Source: Camelus ferus
Taxonomy: Eukaryota
Assembly: GCF_009834535.1 (NCBI RefSeq)
Contig: NC_045697.1
Coordinates: 106,208,001-106,272,000 of the forward strand
Direction of reading: 5' to 3'
DNA: 64,000 nucleotides
Shown: positions 25,280-37,122 of the stretch, piece after piece
Layout: each line of letters starts with the position of its first letter
Position numbering within the stretch: the first letter of the stretch is position 1
The notes under the pieces: model-generated
What the model saw: only the letters and a program-made list of their open reading frames with translations
What the model was told of the DNA's origin: nothing
Databases searched by the model: none
Position numbers and translations under genes: made by a program

Positions 25280-26960
25280 AAAAAAGAAAATTCCTGGTAA
25301 AATGAAAGGCATTTACCCATTCATTACTCCAGATTCCTACTGAAATGACCCAAAGATTGCAAAAAAAACTAAAGATAGCAGGAAATTTGATCAACAATGT
25401 GAAAGTCCACCAACAAGATAACATATTTTAGCAAACTACATAAACTATAGTACAGATGGATCATACTGAAGATGGGACTGAGAGATGATTTCCAAATTCT
25501 CCTTTTGGGAAAGCTCAGAATCAGCCAGGAGGAAGAAAATGCATGCAGAAACCCACCAACACCAGTTAACTTTGAAGAGGAAATACCGGACTCACAGTTG
25601 GCGCATGGCCAATATGGAGCACCCGTTTAGAGTCCCGTCTGCTGCTAGGAGATCAATGGCCCAGGTAGGCTGCACTTGGGCTGCAGTCATCAGCAGATGA
25701 GTGGAGCAGCAGCAGGACCAGGAAGGCTGATCTGCGTATAAGGCTGAGAGCCCCAAGAAAACACATCATCCTGAAGCCAATTCCCAATACAGCAGATTCA
25801 TTAATAAAGAAGAAACTGCTCTATAAGGAAGTTCCCTTGTTAGCTATAGGGGAAGGTTCTTATAATAAATTTATAGAACTTCCTGTAACTTTAGTTCCCT
25901 CAATTCACCTTAGGCTGTTAGATCACTGGTTAAGTAAATGTTGTCCACTGATCAAAAATCTCAAGATATTATAAAGGATTTTAATGGTACAGTTTAGACA
26001 ATAAGAACCTATCAAGCTATTTATGGGCAATTACTATCCCTGAATAGTCTTCTGTTAAATGAACAATTTTTAAAAGTATATACATGCTTAAAGAAATAGA
26101 TATACAGAATAAGACAGAGAGAGACTTTTGTCAAAATAACTTATTATTAAAAAAACAAAAGTCAAGTTTGTAAATATACCAACTTTGTGACCACAATAAA
26201 ATTCAAGGAAAAAATGGATTCTGAGCCCAGAGATAAAAAATAAAATAACAAAACAACAGGCTGAGAAATAGAAGAAAAAAGATCACAATGAAGTAAGAGA
26301 AACTGAAGAAATGCAATTGCAGAATTGAAATATGCATCAGGAGCAACGAATAGTAAAATCGGCACTACAGAAAATTTGAATTCATCATGTAGGGGACAGA
26401 AGTGAGAAAATTTCCAAGCAAGCAAAAAGGCTCTAAAATCAGTGTCCAATAGACATCTATATGTTCCTAAAGATACCAGGAAAAATCTGAATACAAATAA
26501 AAATAAATAATTGAATTAAAAATAACTTTCCTGATCTATAGGAATGCCTGCATGTGCATATCTAAAGGGGTTACTAAAAACAAAACAAGAAAACTAATGC
26601 AGAAAAAAAAAATACATGGCTATAAGGCAACAATATTTTTAAATTTCAGAGACAAAAACTCCCTAATAACCCAGATTGAGGTAGTTTGAGGAGAGAGGGG
26701 AATTAAGGTGGCTTCAGAATTTCTCTACCAATTATTAAGTGCTAGAAGAAAATGAAATGACACCTGCAGAGTTTTTAGAGAAAACAACTGTAACCCAAGA
26801 TTTTGATGTGCAGCCAAATTACAGGTCGTATGTAAATACAAAGGAGAGATTCTCTCAGCACTAGAGCTCAAAATCTTGACTATTAGATATTTTTTCTATA
26901 AATATTACTTGAAGGCTTACACCAGCCAACCAAGAGGTGAGCCACAGGAAAAAATAAATA
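25280..26960 (+). mobile_element. HAL1 / ancient L1 ORF1-like remnant
   Basis: About 26700-26850 gives a degenerate ORF1 C-terminal domain (IKVASEF…LSARRK*NDTCRVFRENNCNPRF…AAKL). A-rich coiled-coil-like region at 26200-26450. Confidence 0.6.
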
Positions 26961-27039
26961 AATAAAAAACTGAAATGACCAACAAAATACCAAAAAAAAA
27001 AAAAAAAAAATTCTGTAGCAGGCCAGAAACACTGAGGAA

Positions 27040-27540
27040 CTACAAAATATTATAGACTGGAAAGAACTGAGAGAGCTTATTTCAAAACACCTACACCATC
27101 TAAATTAAAAAATAAACATCAAGTTGGGGGGAAAAAAGCATCTGGACTTGTGACAGAAAAAGAGCTATTAGTCTTAATATATAAAAACATATCCAAATTA
27201 TTAAGAAAAAGATTACCACACCAATTAAACAAATTAGCAAATGACTCAAATGGATCATTAAAAAGGGAGAATTTCAGATAGTATGAAGCTTATGAGAAAA
27301 GATGCACTAGCAACTGAATAAGACAACTTAACACAATTTTGTGAAATCATTTTTCATCTATCAAATGAGAAATAATGAGAAAGCATGATACTACCCCCAA
27401 GATGGCCGGGATAAGAAGAAATAGATATTCTCATACATAGCTGGTGGTAACATATGAATTGTTAGTCTTTCTGGAGAGGTATCTGACAGCAAGAATCAAA
27501 AGCCTAAAAATGGTTCACTCAGCAATTCAATAATTCCAAA
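27040..27540 (+). mobile_element. L1ME-like 3' ORF2/UTR fragment
   Basis: 'attctcatacatagctggtggtaacatatgaattg…ctttctggagagg…ctcagcaattc'. Confidence 0.65.
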
Positions 27541-27579
27541 TAAGCACAAAACAACCTAAGAATGATATAGAAAAATCAT

Positions 27580-27725
27580 CAATTTGTTCATCAAACAGAC
27601 ATTTACTGATTACCTATTGTGCATCAGGTACGATTCTAAATGAGGACCTATAGTAATAAACATGGCCGCTCAGATTCCTAATCTCATGGAGTTTATATTG
27701 TAATGGGGGAAAGGGAATAACAGGC
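27580..27725 (-). mobile_element. L2 3' fragment
   Basis: 'catcaaacagacatttactgattacctattgtgcatcaggtac…ctcatggagtttatattgtaatgggg'. Confidence 0.75.
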
Positions 27726-27835
27726 ACATCACTGATATTTCTGAATATATTACTAACAAAAATTCCCAAAGTCACAGAACACCAATGACTTATATATAAT
27801 TTTAAAATAATCTTTCTTTGAAACATCTAATGAAG

Positions 27836-27990
27836 CAGCATTTCTTAAAGATGTGCCCCACTAAAGGAGGGGAATTCTACAGTCACATCATCTTGACAAA
27901 TACTCTTGGACATTCCCAATTAATATAGTATCAGGCTTTGAAAAGTTCTGAAGTAAGATATCTGTTTCATTTTAAGTTTTCTAAAGTTTG
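27836..27990 (+). mobile_element. hAT-Charlie MITE (MER103-like)
   Basis: 'cagcatttcttaaagatgtgcc…ctcttggacattc…aggctttgaaaagttctgaagtaagatatctgttt' follows the recalled MER103C consensus. Confidence 0.55.
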
Positions 27991-28159
27991 TATTTTTTAA
28001 AAAGACAGCTCTGTAGTTTTTACTAGATCATATAAAAACATATTTGAAATACTATTATAAAGAACAGTATAAAGAAGCAAATATAAGTCACCTGAAATCA
28101 CACCATCCAAGATCACCACCATAAAGTCTGCTGCTGACCTTCCTCTCTTTCATCTCTCC

Positions 28160-29610
28160 ACAACTATATGGGCTCTTGTTCTAAAATACTGTCCTTATTG
28201 TGTATGTACTTGTTCTCTCTCACATCTCCATTTTCCATCCTGAAAATCAATATTAAGGATCTGGTTGTTACTTTTTTCCATGTTCATACTATCATGTACA
28301 ATTTTTTGTATAAGAGGATGCTTAATGGGATTGTCCCTGTACTCAGAGTGGACTGAAACCCTGAACAGAAGGTGGGTAAGTGATAAGTACCGAAGCTTTC
28401 GAAAGATTTTTAAAGAGATGTCCTGGACACGTTTTCGCATGACTTATTAAGAGGGGAACAAAATTGGGCCTGTGAATCTTAGTCATCCCCCAACTTGAGC
28501 CTACGTGTGAATATTTATTTATATGAAGAATGTTGGCCTGAGAGTGAACCAGCATTTCCTCTTCCTAATCGAGGAGGGGATGCTATCTTCCCACTTACCA
28601 AGTGCAAGAGTAGGGAGTGAGGAATAAAAACAATAAAATCCTTAGGAAGATTAAAGGAGGCTTGCAAAAGAAGATTCAGCCTTGTCATTTTCTGACTGGA
28701 TGCTTGTTGACCTAAGGAAACTCATCAGCCCAACCAATATTATGTCTACTTCTATTACAAAAATTTCTGAGAATACAAGATAGTCCTACAAGAGTTTAGG
28801 GGGGAATACACCATAAAAACAGAGGCTGCTAAAGTTCTCCTGACAGAATAAGGAAAGAAGACTGCAACAGGAGTAAAGTATATTTCCATGGAGGTGGGGC
28901 CAGAGGGTAAGTTTTCTGTAAGTCAAGTGGTGCCATAAAGGGTGTCTGGCAGAAGGAGAGGATCCAAAGTGTAAATCCTTTTGGAAAGGAACTAAGAGAA
29001 AATAATAAAAGGATAGACCAAAAGTGAATCACTCAAATTAGGAAAAGGTGGAGTATAAAAGGCCACAATAGCACCAGGGTGCCTGGGGCAGGGGGCCACT
29101 AAAGAATCTACAAATGCATTCTCAAGAGGAGCGAGCAGCAGCTGGACATCTGTCATAACAGACAGCAGGCAAACAGGAGCCAAAAAAGAACTCCAGAGAG
29201 CATCAGCTTTTGCCGGGTTGCTTCTCATCTCTCCTGCCTGCTCCGGCACTGGAAGAATCAGAAGCAGCAAGGGAACAAGATAGAACAGGGAAAGAATATA
29301 TAACATTGCATCACTTCTCATCTCCCTACCACTGCTTTGCAGAAGCAAGGGTCCAGCTTGAGCTGGGGCAAGGGAGAAGATTTGAATTGGTTGAGAGATT
29401 GAAGTTTTGATATTAGGTTAGACTGGGTTTTTTAAATTATCTAAACAACAACAAAAAAAAACAAAAAAAAAAATGCTGGAACAGCCAAGAGATCTGAATC
29501 AAGATGTAATCCAGAGACAAGGAACATCCAAGAAAGTCTATTTGGTCATCGTTGAAGAAAAGTAAAACTTATTTCCTTATTGCATTCCCTTGACACTATC
29601 ACATTTAATA
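28160..29610 (+). mobile_element. Probable Gypsy-class LTR retroelement remnant (3' internal region, PPT and LTR) inserted in an L1ME
   Basis: Purine tract 'aagaggggaa' at about 28449-28458, then LTR-like sequence with 'gaagttttgatattaggttagactgggtttt'. Minus-strand L1ME 3' sequence flanks it on both sides (28000-28150 and from 29650). Confidence 0.4.
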
Positions 29611-29649
29611 AATAATATATATATATAGGTAGATAGATATAGAAATGTA

Positions 29650-30400
29650 TATATATCTTATGTATATCACTACTAAATTTACAAAATGCAATCATTTTAC
29701 AAATTTTGTATATTTCTTCATATATGCCTCTTGTTATTTAATAATGCACTCTGGAAAACCTCCTATGCTTAGTTCTAATTCATTGATAATGGTCATTTTT
29801 GAGATCTTGGTATTAATGTACCTCAGTTTTTTTCATCATTCCTGTCTTATAGATTTTGATTTCATTTCAGTATTTTTTTTTTTGCTACAAAAACCCCTGC
29901 AATATGCATTCTTATTTTACACTGACTTCTATTTTTATGGAATAATTTTACAAGAGTCTGCTTGCTAGGATAATGTATGCATATTATATTCTAACATATT
30001 GCCAAAATGAATTCCACAAAGAATAGAACAAAATTGCCACCAGCAATATATAAGAATGCCATGTTCTTGGAATCCCCAGTTGCACCAGATATTACCACTT
30101 TTTAATTTTTAACAACCTAATAGGTGAAAGAGATATCTCATCATCATATTAATTTGCATGGCCCTGACTACCAGTGAGGTTGAGCATGTTTAATTGGTCA
30201 TGTGAACTTGCTCCTCTAGGAAATTCCTTATACATAATATCATTTGCCTATGTTTCTACTCAGTTATTTGTCTTTTTCCTATCAATTTAAAAGATTTTTT
30301 GTATAGTATAGAATTTAAATTTATTTCCCAGGTTTTACAAGTATTATTTCCAAATCAATCATATCTTAGCATATATTATTTTTTCATTCTTTTAAAACAA
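29650..30400 (-). mobile_element. L1ME-like 3' fragment
   Basis: 'attaatttgcatggccctgactaccagtgaggttgagcatgtt', 'ccaccagcaatatataagaatgcc'. Confidence 0.7.
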
Positions 30401-30404
30401 ATTT

Positions 30405-30836
30405 TTTAATAACTTTTTTATTTTGGAATAATTTTAGATTTATAGAAGAGTTACAAAGAAAGTACAGAGAGTTCCTGAATGCCCCTCACTTAGTTTCAGT
30501 TTCCCCTGCTGTTATCATCTTCCATTATCAGGATGTATTTGTCAGCTCTGAGAGACCAATATTGGTATATTACCAAAAACTAAATTTTAGACTTCATTTA
30601 AATTTCACCAGTTCTTTTCATTAATATTATCTTTCTGCTCCTGGATCCAATCCAGGATAACATATTGCATTTATTTGTTATCTCTTTAGTATCATCTGGT
30701 TTGTTTGTGATTGTTTCTTAACCTTTTAATTTTCATGATCTTGAGAGCTTTGAGTAGCACTGGTCAAGTATTTTACAGCAGGTCCCTCAGTTTGGATCTG
30801 TCTGATGTTTTTCTCATGATTAGACTGGGGTGATGG
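30405..30836 (-). mobile_element. L1MC/L1MD-like 3' UTR fragment
   Basis: 'ttttttattttggaataattttagatttatagaagagttacaaagaaagtacagagagttcc…gtctgatgtttttctcatgattagactgggg'. Confidence 0.75.
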
Positions 30837-31461
30837 TGAGACAAGAAGTGGGCAAGGCACAGCCATTCAAGAATGAAGCAGCAATTAACACCAAAATGGT
30901 GGAAGATTCAACTCCCAGTAAGCCTTGAGGCTCAAGATGGTGGGAGATTTGACTTCTGGTAGACCTTGAGCTTCATTATACGCCCATCGTATTATATTAA
31001 CATGGTTCATAACATGCCTGCAGGCACCATGACAGTCCCAGGGCTAGCCACAAAAGGTCAAAGAGTGAGAAATGGCCAACTTCCTGGGAATCCCAGCCCT
31101 TTCCCCAGGCTAGTTAGACTGGTCCTTCCACTTATTAGCATATGAAGCCACCAAGCCCAGAAAAACTGGCAACACGGTACCTAGCGGCCACTGCCCTCTC
31201 TCTCTTCCTCTTGGGAGACAGGCCACACTAGAGTGTGTACGTACTTTTAATCTGAGCACCCAATCCCCACATCTTGTGGCCTCTCTCTTGCCTTTCAATG
31301 TATCTCTCTGAATAAATCTAGCTTTACAAAACTATGGCTCGCTCTTGAATTCTTTCCTGTGCAAAGCCAAGGACCCACATTTGGCCGGGCACATCCCTGG
31401 GGCTCAACTGAAGCCTGAGACATGGCCCTCCTCACGCCCCACATACATTTTTCCTGCATCA
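30837..31461 (+). mobile_element. ERV1-like solo LTR (MER41-related, lineage-specific)
   Basis: TG…CA ends (tgagac…tgcatca), AATAAA at 31311-31316, MER41-like U5 'ctcgctcttgaattctttcctgtgcaaagccaaggaccc', and an internal 40-41-bp tandem repeat. Confidence 0.8.
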
Positions 31462-31479
31462 GTTTCACTGAGTTAAATC

Positions 31480-31750
31480 CCATTCTTTCTTCAGATAGCA
31501 GCTTATATATCACTTTTTCCACAAATATATCTCGTGAGACCTCCAGCTTGGGTCTGGTGACACATCTCTGTGCTCCCATGGCACACTGTCATCCCCTGTT
31601 ATTATGTGCTACAATCCTCTGTATCTTGCACTGGATTATGCATTACAATAGGGTAGTGATGGTGTCTTTCCTCTTCCCTTTGTGTCCCCAGGAGCTAACA
31701 TAGTGCCTGACACCTAGTGAGTACTCAATATTTGATGAAATAAATAAATA
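31480..31750 (+). mobile_element. L2 3' fragment
   Basis: 'ctctgtgctcccatggcac…tgtgtccccaggagctaacatagtgcctgacacctagtgagtactcaatatttgatgaaataaataaat'. Confidence 0.75.
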
Positions 31751-31817
31751 CTAGTTCCGAATACTATGGTCTTGACTTCAGTAGCCCTCTTAATAATTGT
31801 TTACTGCTTTTTACTTT

Positions 31818-31955
31818 CACTCATTCATCCATGCATGCATTCATTCACTTACTCGACCAGTATTTAGTACACACCTCCTTTGTGCCAGATACATGCTAGG
31901 TGCTGGATGCCTAGTGCACAAGACAGACGTCACCTCTGCTCTTATGACTTTATAA
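31818..31955 (-). mobile_element. L2 3' fragment, tail-to-tail with the preceding L2
   Basis: 'cattcattcacttactcgaccagtatttagtacacacctcctttgtgccagatacatgctaggtgctgg'. Confidence 0.7.
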
Positions 31956-34039
31956 TCATACACCACAAGAAGTCATAAAACTATTTAAAAAGCTAAGACC
32001 ATTCCAAAAAAGTCACTTACACATACTGTGGTTGTCAACACTGACTGATCAACCTTTTAGTTTCAGGGGAATCTGAGCTCTACTTAACAGAAAATATAAA
32101 TCAAGTCCTCTTATTCTAATTGATCAACTTCCCTTAGAAATCACAAGTAAATAGTTTATAGTGGTTGGGAGGGTGGGGTGGGCTGGTGCATAGAAATGTG
32201 AAAGAAAGGAGAGGAAATGGTTTAGAAATAGGAGGTTTCCACAGTGTTTTGCAGTGATTATCATGCAAAACCCAGACCTGCAAATTTTGTTTCAAATGCT
32301 AGGCTAAGAAATTTGGCAATAGAAACAGCAGTGGCATTTTCAAACCCTTTATTATAGGTATTTATTTAGCTTAACTTGAGAGAATTCACAAATATGAATT
32401 TTAATGGAGAGCTTTTGACCTTTCCTATTAGGTTTAAATTATTTCTCTTTTAAATTGTTTGAGTATTTTCATTTGATTCTGTGTTGTCAGTTGAATTTTT
32501 CTACTAAGTCAGAGGTAAAGCTTACAATTATGAAATCCAAGCATACTTGTGACTTATGACCCAACCACTTCATTATTACTGCTGACTGGCTGAACCCCAG
32601 ACCTCCTAAAATATTAATTGTGTAATTTCTGCTGAGGCCTTTGCTACTTCTCATAAATATGTTTTTTTAAAAAAATGAATTCACTACATTCATCCAGTTT
32701 TCTGAGTAACTTTTATCTCATAAAGCTGAACTGAAGTGTTTTTAATAAAGATACCCTTAGCTTCCTACAGTAAGATTGCTTGGATTGTTATATGAATATA
32801 ATAAGAGAGATTTAATCTGTTTAAAATACCCTGTTTAAGTATTTATTTCCTCATCTATAAAATATGTCCAATTTTTGTACTACATAAATAACCCAGCCAT
32901 GTCCTAGGTGCCACGCTCAACTACAGAGCCAATGCAGACCAATGAACTACAAGTATGCCAAACCCACTTGAGCTGACCAGTTGACCATATGTCTAAAGTT
33001 AGTAGAGAAAATAAATATAGTCTCTTTATTCCAAAGAGAATCTTTGAAAGATCTACAAGGTTCCATCTTATACTTTGCTTCTAAAGGGTATAGAATAATT
33101 TAAAATGTGGACAACATACTCAGTCAGGAGAGGGAGTTGGGTATTTCTTAGCACAAGGAGCCAATTTCTGAAGGTGAGTAAGACTTCTGTAGTTAGTGCA
33201 CTCACCTTATTTATAGTGCCCAAGTCATCCTTATGTTCTTGTCAACAATGCTTTAAGAGCTATTACTCATTCTCTTAAAATAATAGAAATATAGAAAACA
33301 AATATTCTCTCCTAAAGAATACATGTAAAATGAAAAGAAAGAAAAGAGGGGCCATGTTTATCTATTTAGTTGTAATAAATAATGCAAGCTTTCCAAATGG
33401 AAGTATTGGAATAATGAAACTAATTTTCCAAAATTATTCTAGTGTATTCAATTATGGATTTTAATTATTTTAGAGAAGAAACTCACAGTGTTAATGAAAG
33501 AGACAGTAGTAAAAATCATGATGGGGTTAGGTTTCATGTTTCTGCATTCTATAAGCTTTATTAGATGATGTAAATCAAATATTTGATGAATACTAAGAGC
33601 CTTTTGGGATAGTAAAATGAATATTACCATCATGACTCTGAGAGCTAGGTTGAAGTATAATCACAGCCAGTTAAGGTAAGTGGGTTTCACAGCCAAAGGG
33701 AACATTGCTTGTTGAAAAGAGGCCTCCAGAGAGCTGTTTGGTATCAATTATAAATAATAGTAAGATAAAAATTAAAGCATACTGAACTTATGGTGTAAAC
33801 TACAGGAGGACCAAAAATAATAGGATAATGCTGCTCTTCAACCTTCAACTCATAATGGATAAAAAAACTCAGTAGGTTATAAGAGAGTAGAATAGACCCC
33901 TTATCATTTTATTTTCTATCTTCCATTTGTTTCATGTGTCACCAAGTACAGCTTATACTTTTCCCTCTAGGGAATCTTAAAAAAGGAAAAGAAGAAAAGA
34001 ATGAAAGAAAACAAAAATGAAATCAATGTTTCCTGGACT

Positions 34040-34185
34040 ACTTAGGAGTGGTAAAGATACAGAATCCTGGTAGCCACCCCAAACTAATGACTTAACTGCT
34101 AGTCTTAGAGCCAGGGATTTATTCTTTAAATAATCTGTCCAAGTGATTCTTCATCACATTAAGGTTTAAAATCCACTGAATTAGA
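34040..34185. mobile_element. hAT-Charlie MITE (MER5-like) fragment
   Basis: 'tacagaatcctggtagccacccc…caagtgattct…aaggtttaaaatccactg'. Confidence 0.55.
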
Positions 34186-34251
34186 ATGTTTAGTGAAATG
34201 ACATGCTGAATATCTGATTATAAGGATTCCTCTCTTTTCCTCTAATATTAT

Positions 34252-34868
34252 TGCTAGGCAGTTAGATAGAAATGAGCACCGGGCAAGGGGAGAGGATGGG
34301 GGAGGGAGCAACCCAGAAAATAACAGTATGCCTGCACTCAGGACAAGGAGCTCCAAAAACTTTTACTTTCTCTAAATGACGGCCAGCAAAGAGGCCAGCT
34401 AGAATCGAACCCTGCAGCTGCACAGCAGAGAGAAGGACCCAGCTTCACTTGGCCCAATGCTCATTATAATGTAATTAACATTGCAGTTTGAGCCCCACCC
34501 CCCCCCTGCGTAGGTTTCTCTGTGTGCATCATGGGTAACAACACGCATATAAGAGATAGGCGTGCCTGAGCACAAGGAGTATGAGCTGTCAATCAGCCTG
34601 AGCATAATGAACGTGAATCATCAATCAAATCAATCAGCCACAAAAACGCCCCCTAAGCCGCAATATAAGAACAGGAAAAACAGAGGAGCAGCACCATTTC
34701 TCCTCTCTTGGGTTGGCCCGCCCCCAATTCTCGGGGGTGTACTATACTTTACTACCTTTTTACTTTACTAATAAAATCTTCTGTTTATATCACACTTTCT
34801 GTCTCTCATTAAAAATTCACTTTTTTTCATTAAGAACTGAGGTGACTTTTCCCCTCCTCCCAGTAACA
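34252..34868 (+). mobile_element. Young ERV1-like solo LTR with 4-bp TSD
   Basis: TG…CA termini (tgctagg…cagtaaca), TSD TTAT at 34248-34251 and 34869-34872, TATAA at 34664-34668, AATAAA at 34770-34775, several retained CpGs. Confidence 0.88.
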
Positions 34869-34979
34869 TTATCATGACAACTTTTATAAAGTACATGAAT
34901 TTATTTTCTCTCTCTTAATGAGTATTACATACTGAAATACTTTGCTTATTTGAAGCTAAAAAAAACTTTCCTGGAAACT

Positions 34980-35493
34980 TGTGTCAGGGAACTATTGCTG
35001 TGAAACAAACAGCATAGAATATGAGGGGCATACAAGGGCAAGTGTTTATTTAGCTCATTATCAGTGATAAACATTTAGTTAGCTCATGTGAGTCAGCTGG
35101 GATTCAGTGGAACTAAGCGAGGCTTATCTAGGCAGCTATAAGCTACAAGTGGTTTATTCAGTCTGCTCCATGTCTCTTATCCTCCCTAGACCAGAGGGCT
35201 AGTTGGGAAATGCCATTCTCATGCAATGACACAGGCACAAGAAGACGAGCCCAACCACACAAGCACATGTCAAGCCTCTGCTGGTGTCACATTCACTGAT
35301 CACCAACTGGCCAAATCATATGGCCATGCCCAAGAGCAAAGTGTGAGGAAGCATATTCCACCCACCATGAGGCTAAAGCTGGTTACGTGGCCAAGTCCAA
35401 CACCAGGAGTACAGGAAAGTAGGTACACTCCTACCATGGGGGTGGTGGGCAGGAAATGACTATTTAAAAAACCTAAAAGTCATAATTTACCTC
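34980..35493 (-). mobile_element. MaLR solo LTR (MLT1G/H-like)
   Basis: 'tgtgtcagggaactattgctgtgaaacaaac…cacacaagcacatgtcaagcctctgctggtgtcacattcactg…ggccaaatcatatggcc'. Confidence 0.75.
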
Positions 35494-35749
35494 AACAAAA
35501 TTAGAGTAGATCACTGCTAACCTAGTACTAACTGGGTAGATGAGGAAGACCTGGCAAGGGGTTTTATCCTACTCAACATCACCTACCTAAAATGCCACTC
35601 TTAATTTTATTCCTTTGAGTAAAGTCTCTGTAAGACTCCTTTAGTATATCTCAAACTTTCCATAAAGGAGGCAATACATTCTAAACAAAGCAGTACATTT
35701 TTATGTCTTTCTTCCAAATAAGAGAACATTTATGGGACAGTAGCATATT

Positions 35750-36200
35750 CATAATTTACGAGGGTCAGATATAAAGTAGCAGCCAAGAAAATAGAAAGGA
35801 AGGGGAAAGTCAGTAAGAGCTACCAGGAAAAGAGAATCAAGAAAACTTGATTAGATGGTATGAAACAAGTGGAAAGAAGCACAATGGATTTTAGCTTCCA
35901 GTGGATACTGAGTTGGAAATGACCCACAATTCTGTATTGAAAGTGTGAGAAGAGAATTCGGTCAAGAAGCCAGGCATGCGCATGTGAGAGAAAGAATGCG
36001 AAAGAGAGACATAGGAGAAGAGAGAGAGAAAGAGATGTGGAAGTCTTGGACATAGAAATGACAATGGAGGTTGAGAAAGGTGATGAGGTCACCTAAGGAA
36101 AGCTCTGAGGAAAAGTACAGAAAGCAATTAAAGAGACATTCTTGGGGAATTCCTGCATTTAGGGAGAAGCTAGGAAAGGAAACGAAAGGAAAGAACACCT
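35750..36200 (-). mobile_element. L2 fragment
   Basis: 'catagaaatgacaatggaggttgagaaaggtgatgaggtcacctaaggaaag…ggggaattcctgcatttaggg'. Confidence 0.65.
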
Positions 36201-36714
36201 GAATTAAGCTTCCTGGTCCAGGACAAGTCAACCATACCATAAATACAGATAACAGATCCCATCATTTGATCTAGACAAGACAGCAGAGAGATAGGTCTAA
36301 ATCCCTATGTCGTGATTTCTTGTCAAACAGCGAAAGAGACCATTTATCAGACAATACTGCTGTTTTGCTAGATAGAAATCATCAACCAGAATCCAGTAAA
36401 AATAAATAAGAGCAACTTTATACTATTTATAACACAGAGAAAGTATTATGCAAGCTTGTGATTAGTTTTCTACTAGTATTTAATGACTATTTGATTCTGT
36501 CCCATTTTGGAAAATTGAAAAATAAATTCTAATTATTTTGTAGGCAAAGAGAGTGATATTTACTCTTCCTTGAAACAGACCATACCCTTGATTTGCTTTC
36601 TTAAATATGTGCTATTGAATATATGTGTCTTGCTCTTAAAATGCTGTCATGTTTGATATCTGTTAAACAACGTGTGATAGACTTGGTTAAGACACTCCCA
36701 TGAAATGGCAGTGT

Positions 36715-37122
36715 CATGGTAATAATGGTTAACCTTTCTAAAGCACACATCTATCCTCCAGGCACTGCTCAGAATTCCTTCTGTATATTACCTTATATTT
36801 ATTCCACACAACAACATAATAAGGTGGGTATCATTATCTCTTTTTTTGCAAGTGAGAAAATCAGAGCAAAAAGAGTTAGAGTAATGTACGCAGGCTCTCA
36901 CAAACAGCAGATGCAGAACTCAAACCCACACAGTTGAGCTCCAAAGCTCAGCTGACAACGTGTCCCTCTTTACTCAAAAGATTCACGATTTTTCCTATTG
37001 TCCCAGTGTAATTATTAATGGCATGTCCTTTAATTCTCAAAGTGTTCCATTTGGGATGATAAATTATATGGTTAGCCCACCCAGATCCCAAACCCTTATC
37101 AACTACACAATGCTGCCTCTCT
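36715..37122 (-). mobile_element. MIR SINE, interrupted by MER94
   Basis: 'aaggtgggtatcattatctc…agtgagaaaatcagagc…gaactcaaacccac'. The MIR head resumes after the insert ('aactacacaatgctgcctct'). Confidence 0.7.
36950..37078 (-). mobile_element. hAT-Blackjack MITE (MER94-like)
   Basis: 'ttgtcccagtgtaattattaat…ctcaaagtgttccatttgggatgataaattatatggttagccc' matches the recalled MER94 reverse strand. Confidence 0.65.

Noticed and set aside
28343..28555. '…SVLITYPPSVQG' considered as the next IQCM exon (recalled as …LFTLYPPQGAHV…STWLRPIV.GEEGY…)
   Set aside because: Similarity is limited to YPP, a stop follows, and there is no acceptor. The true downstream exon was not found in the window.
31942..31979. 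9-bp inverted repeat ttatgactt…aagtcataa
   Set aside because: Short and AT-rich; expected by chance in 64 kb.
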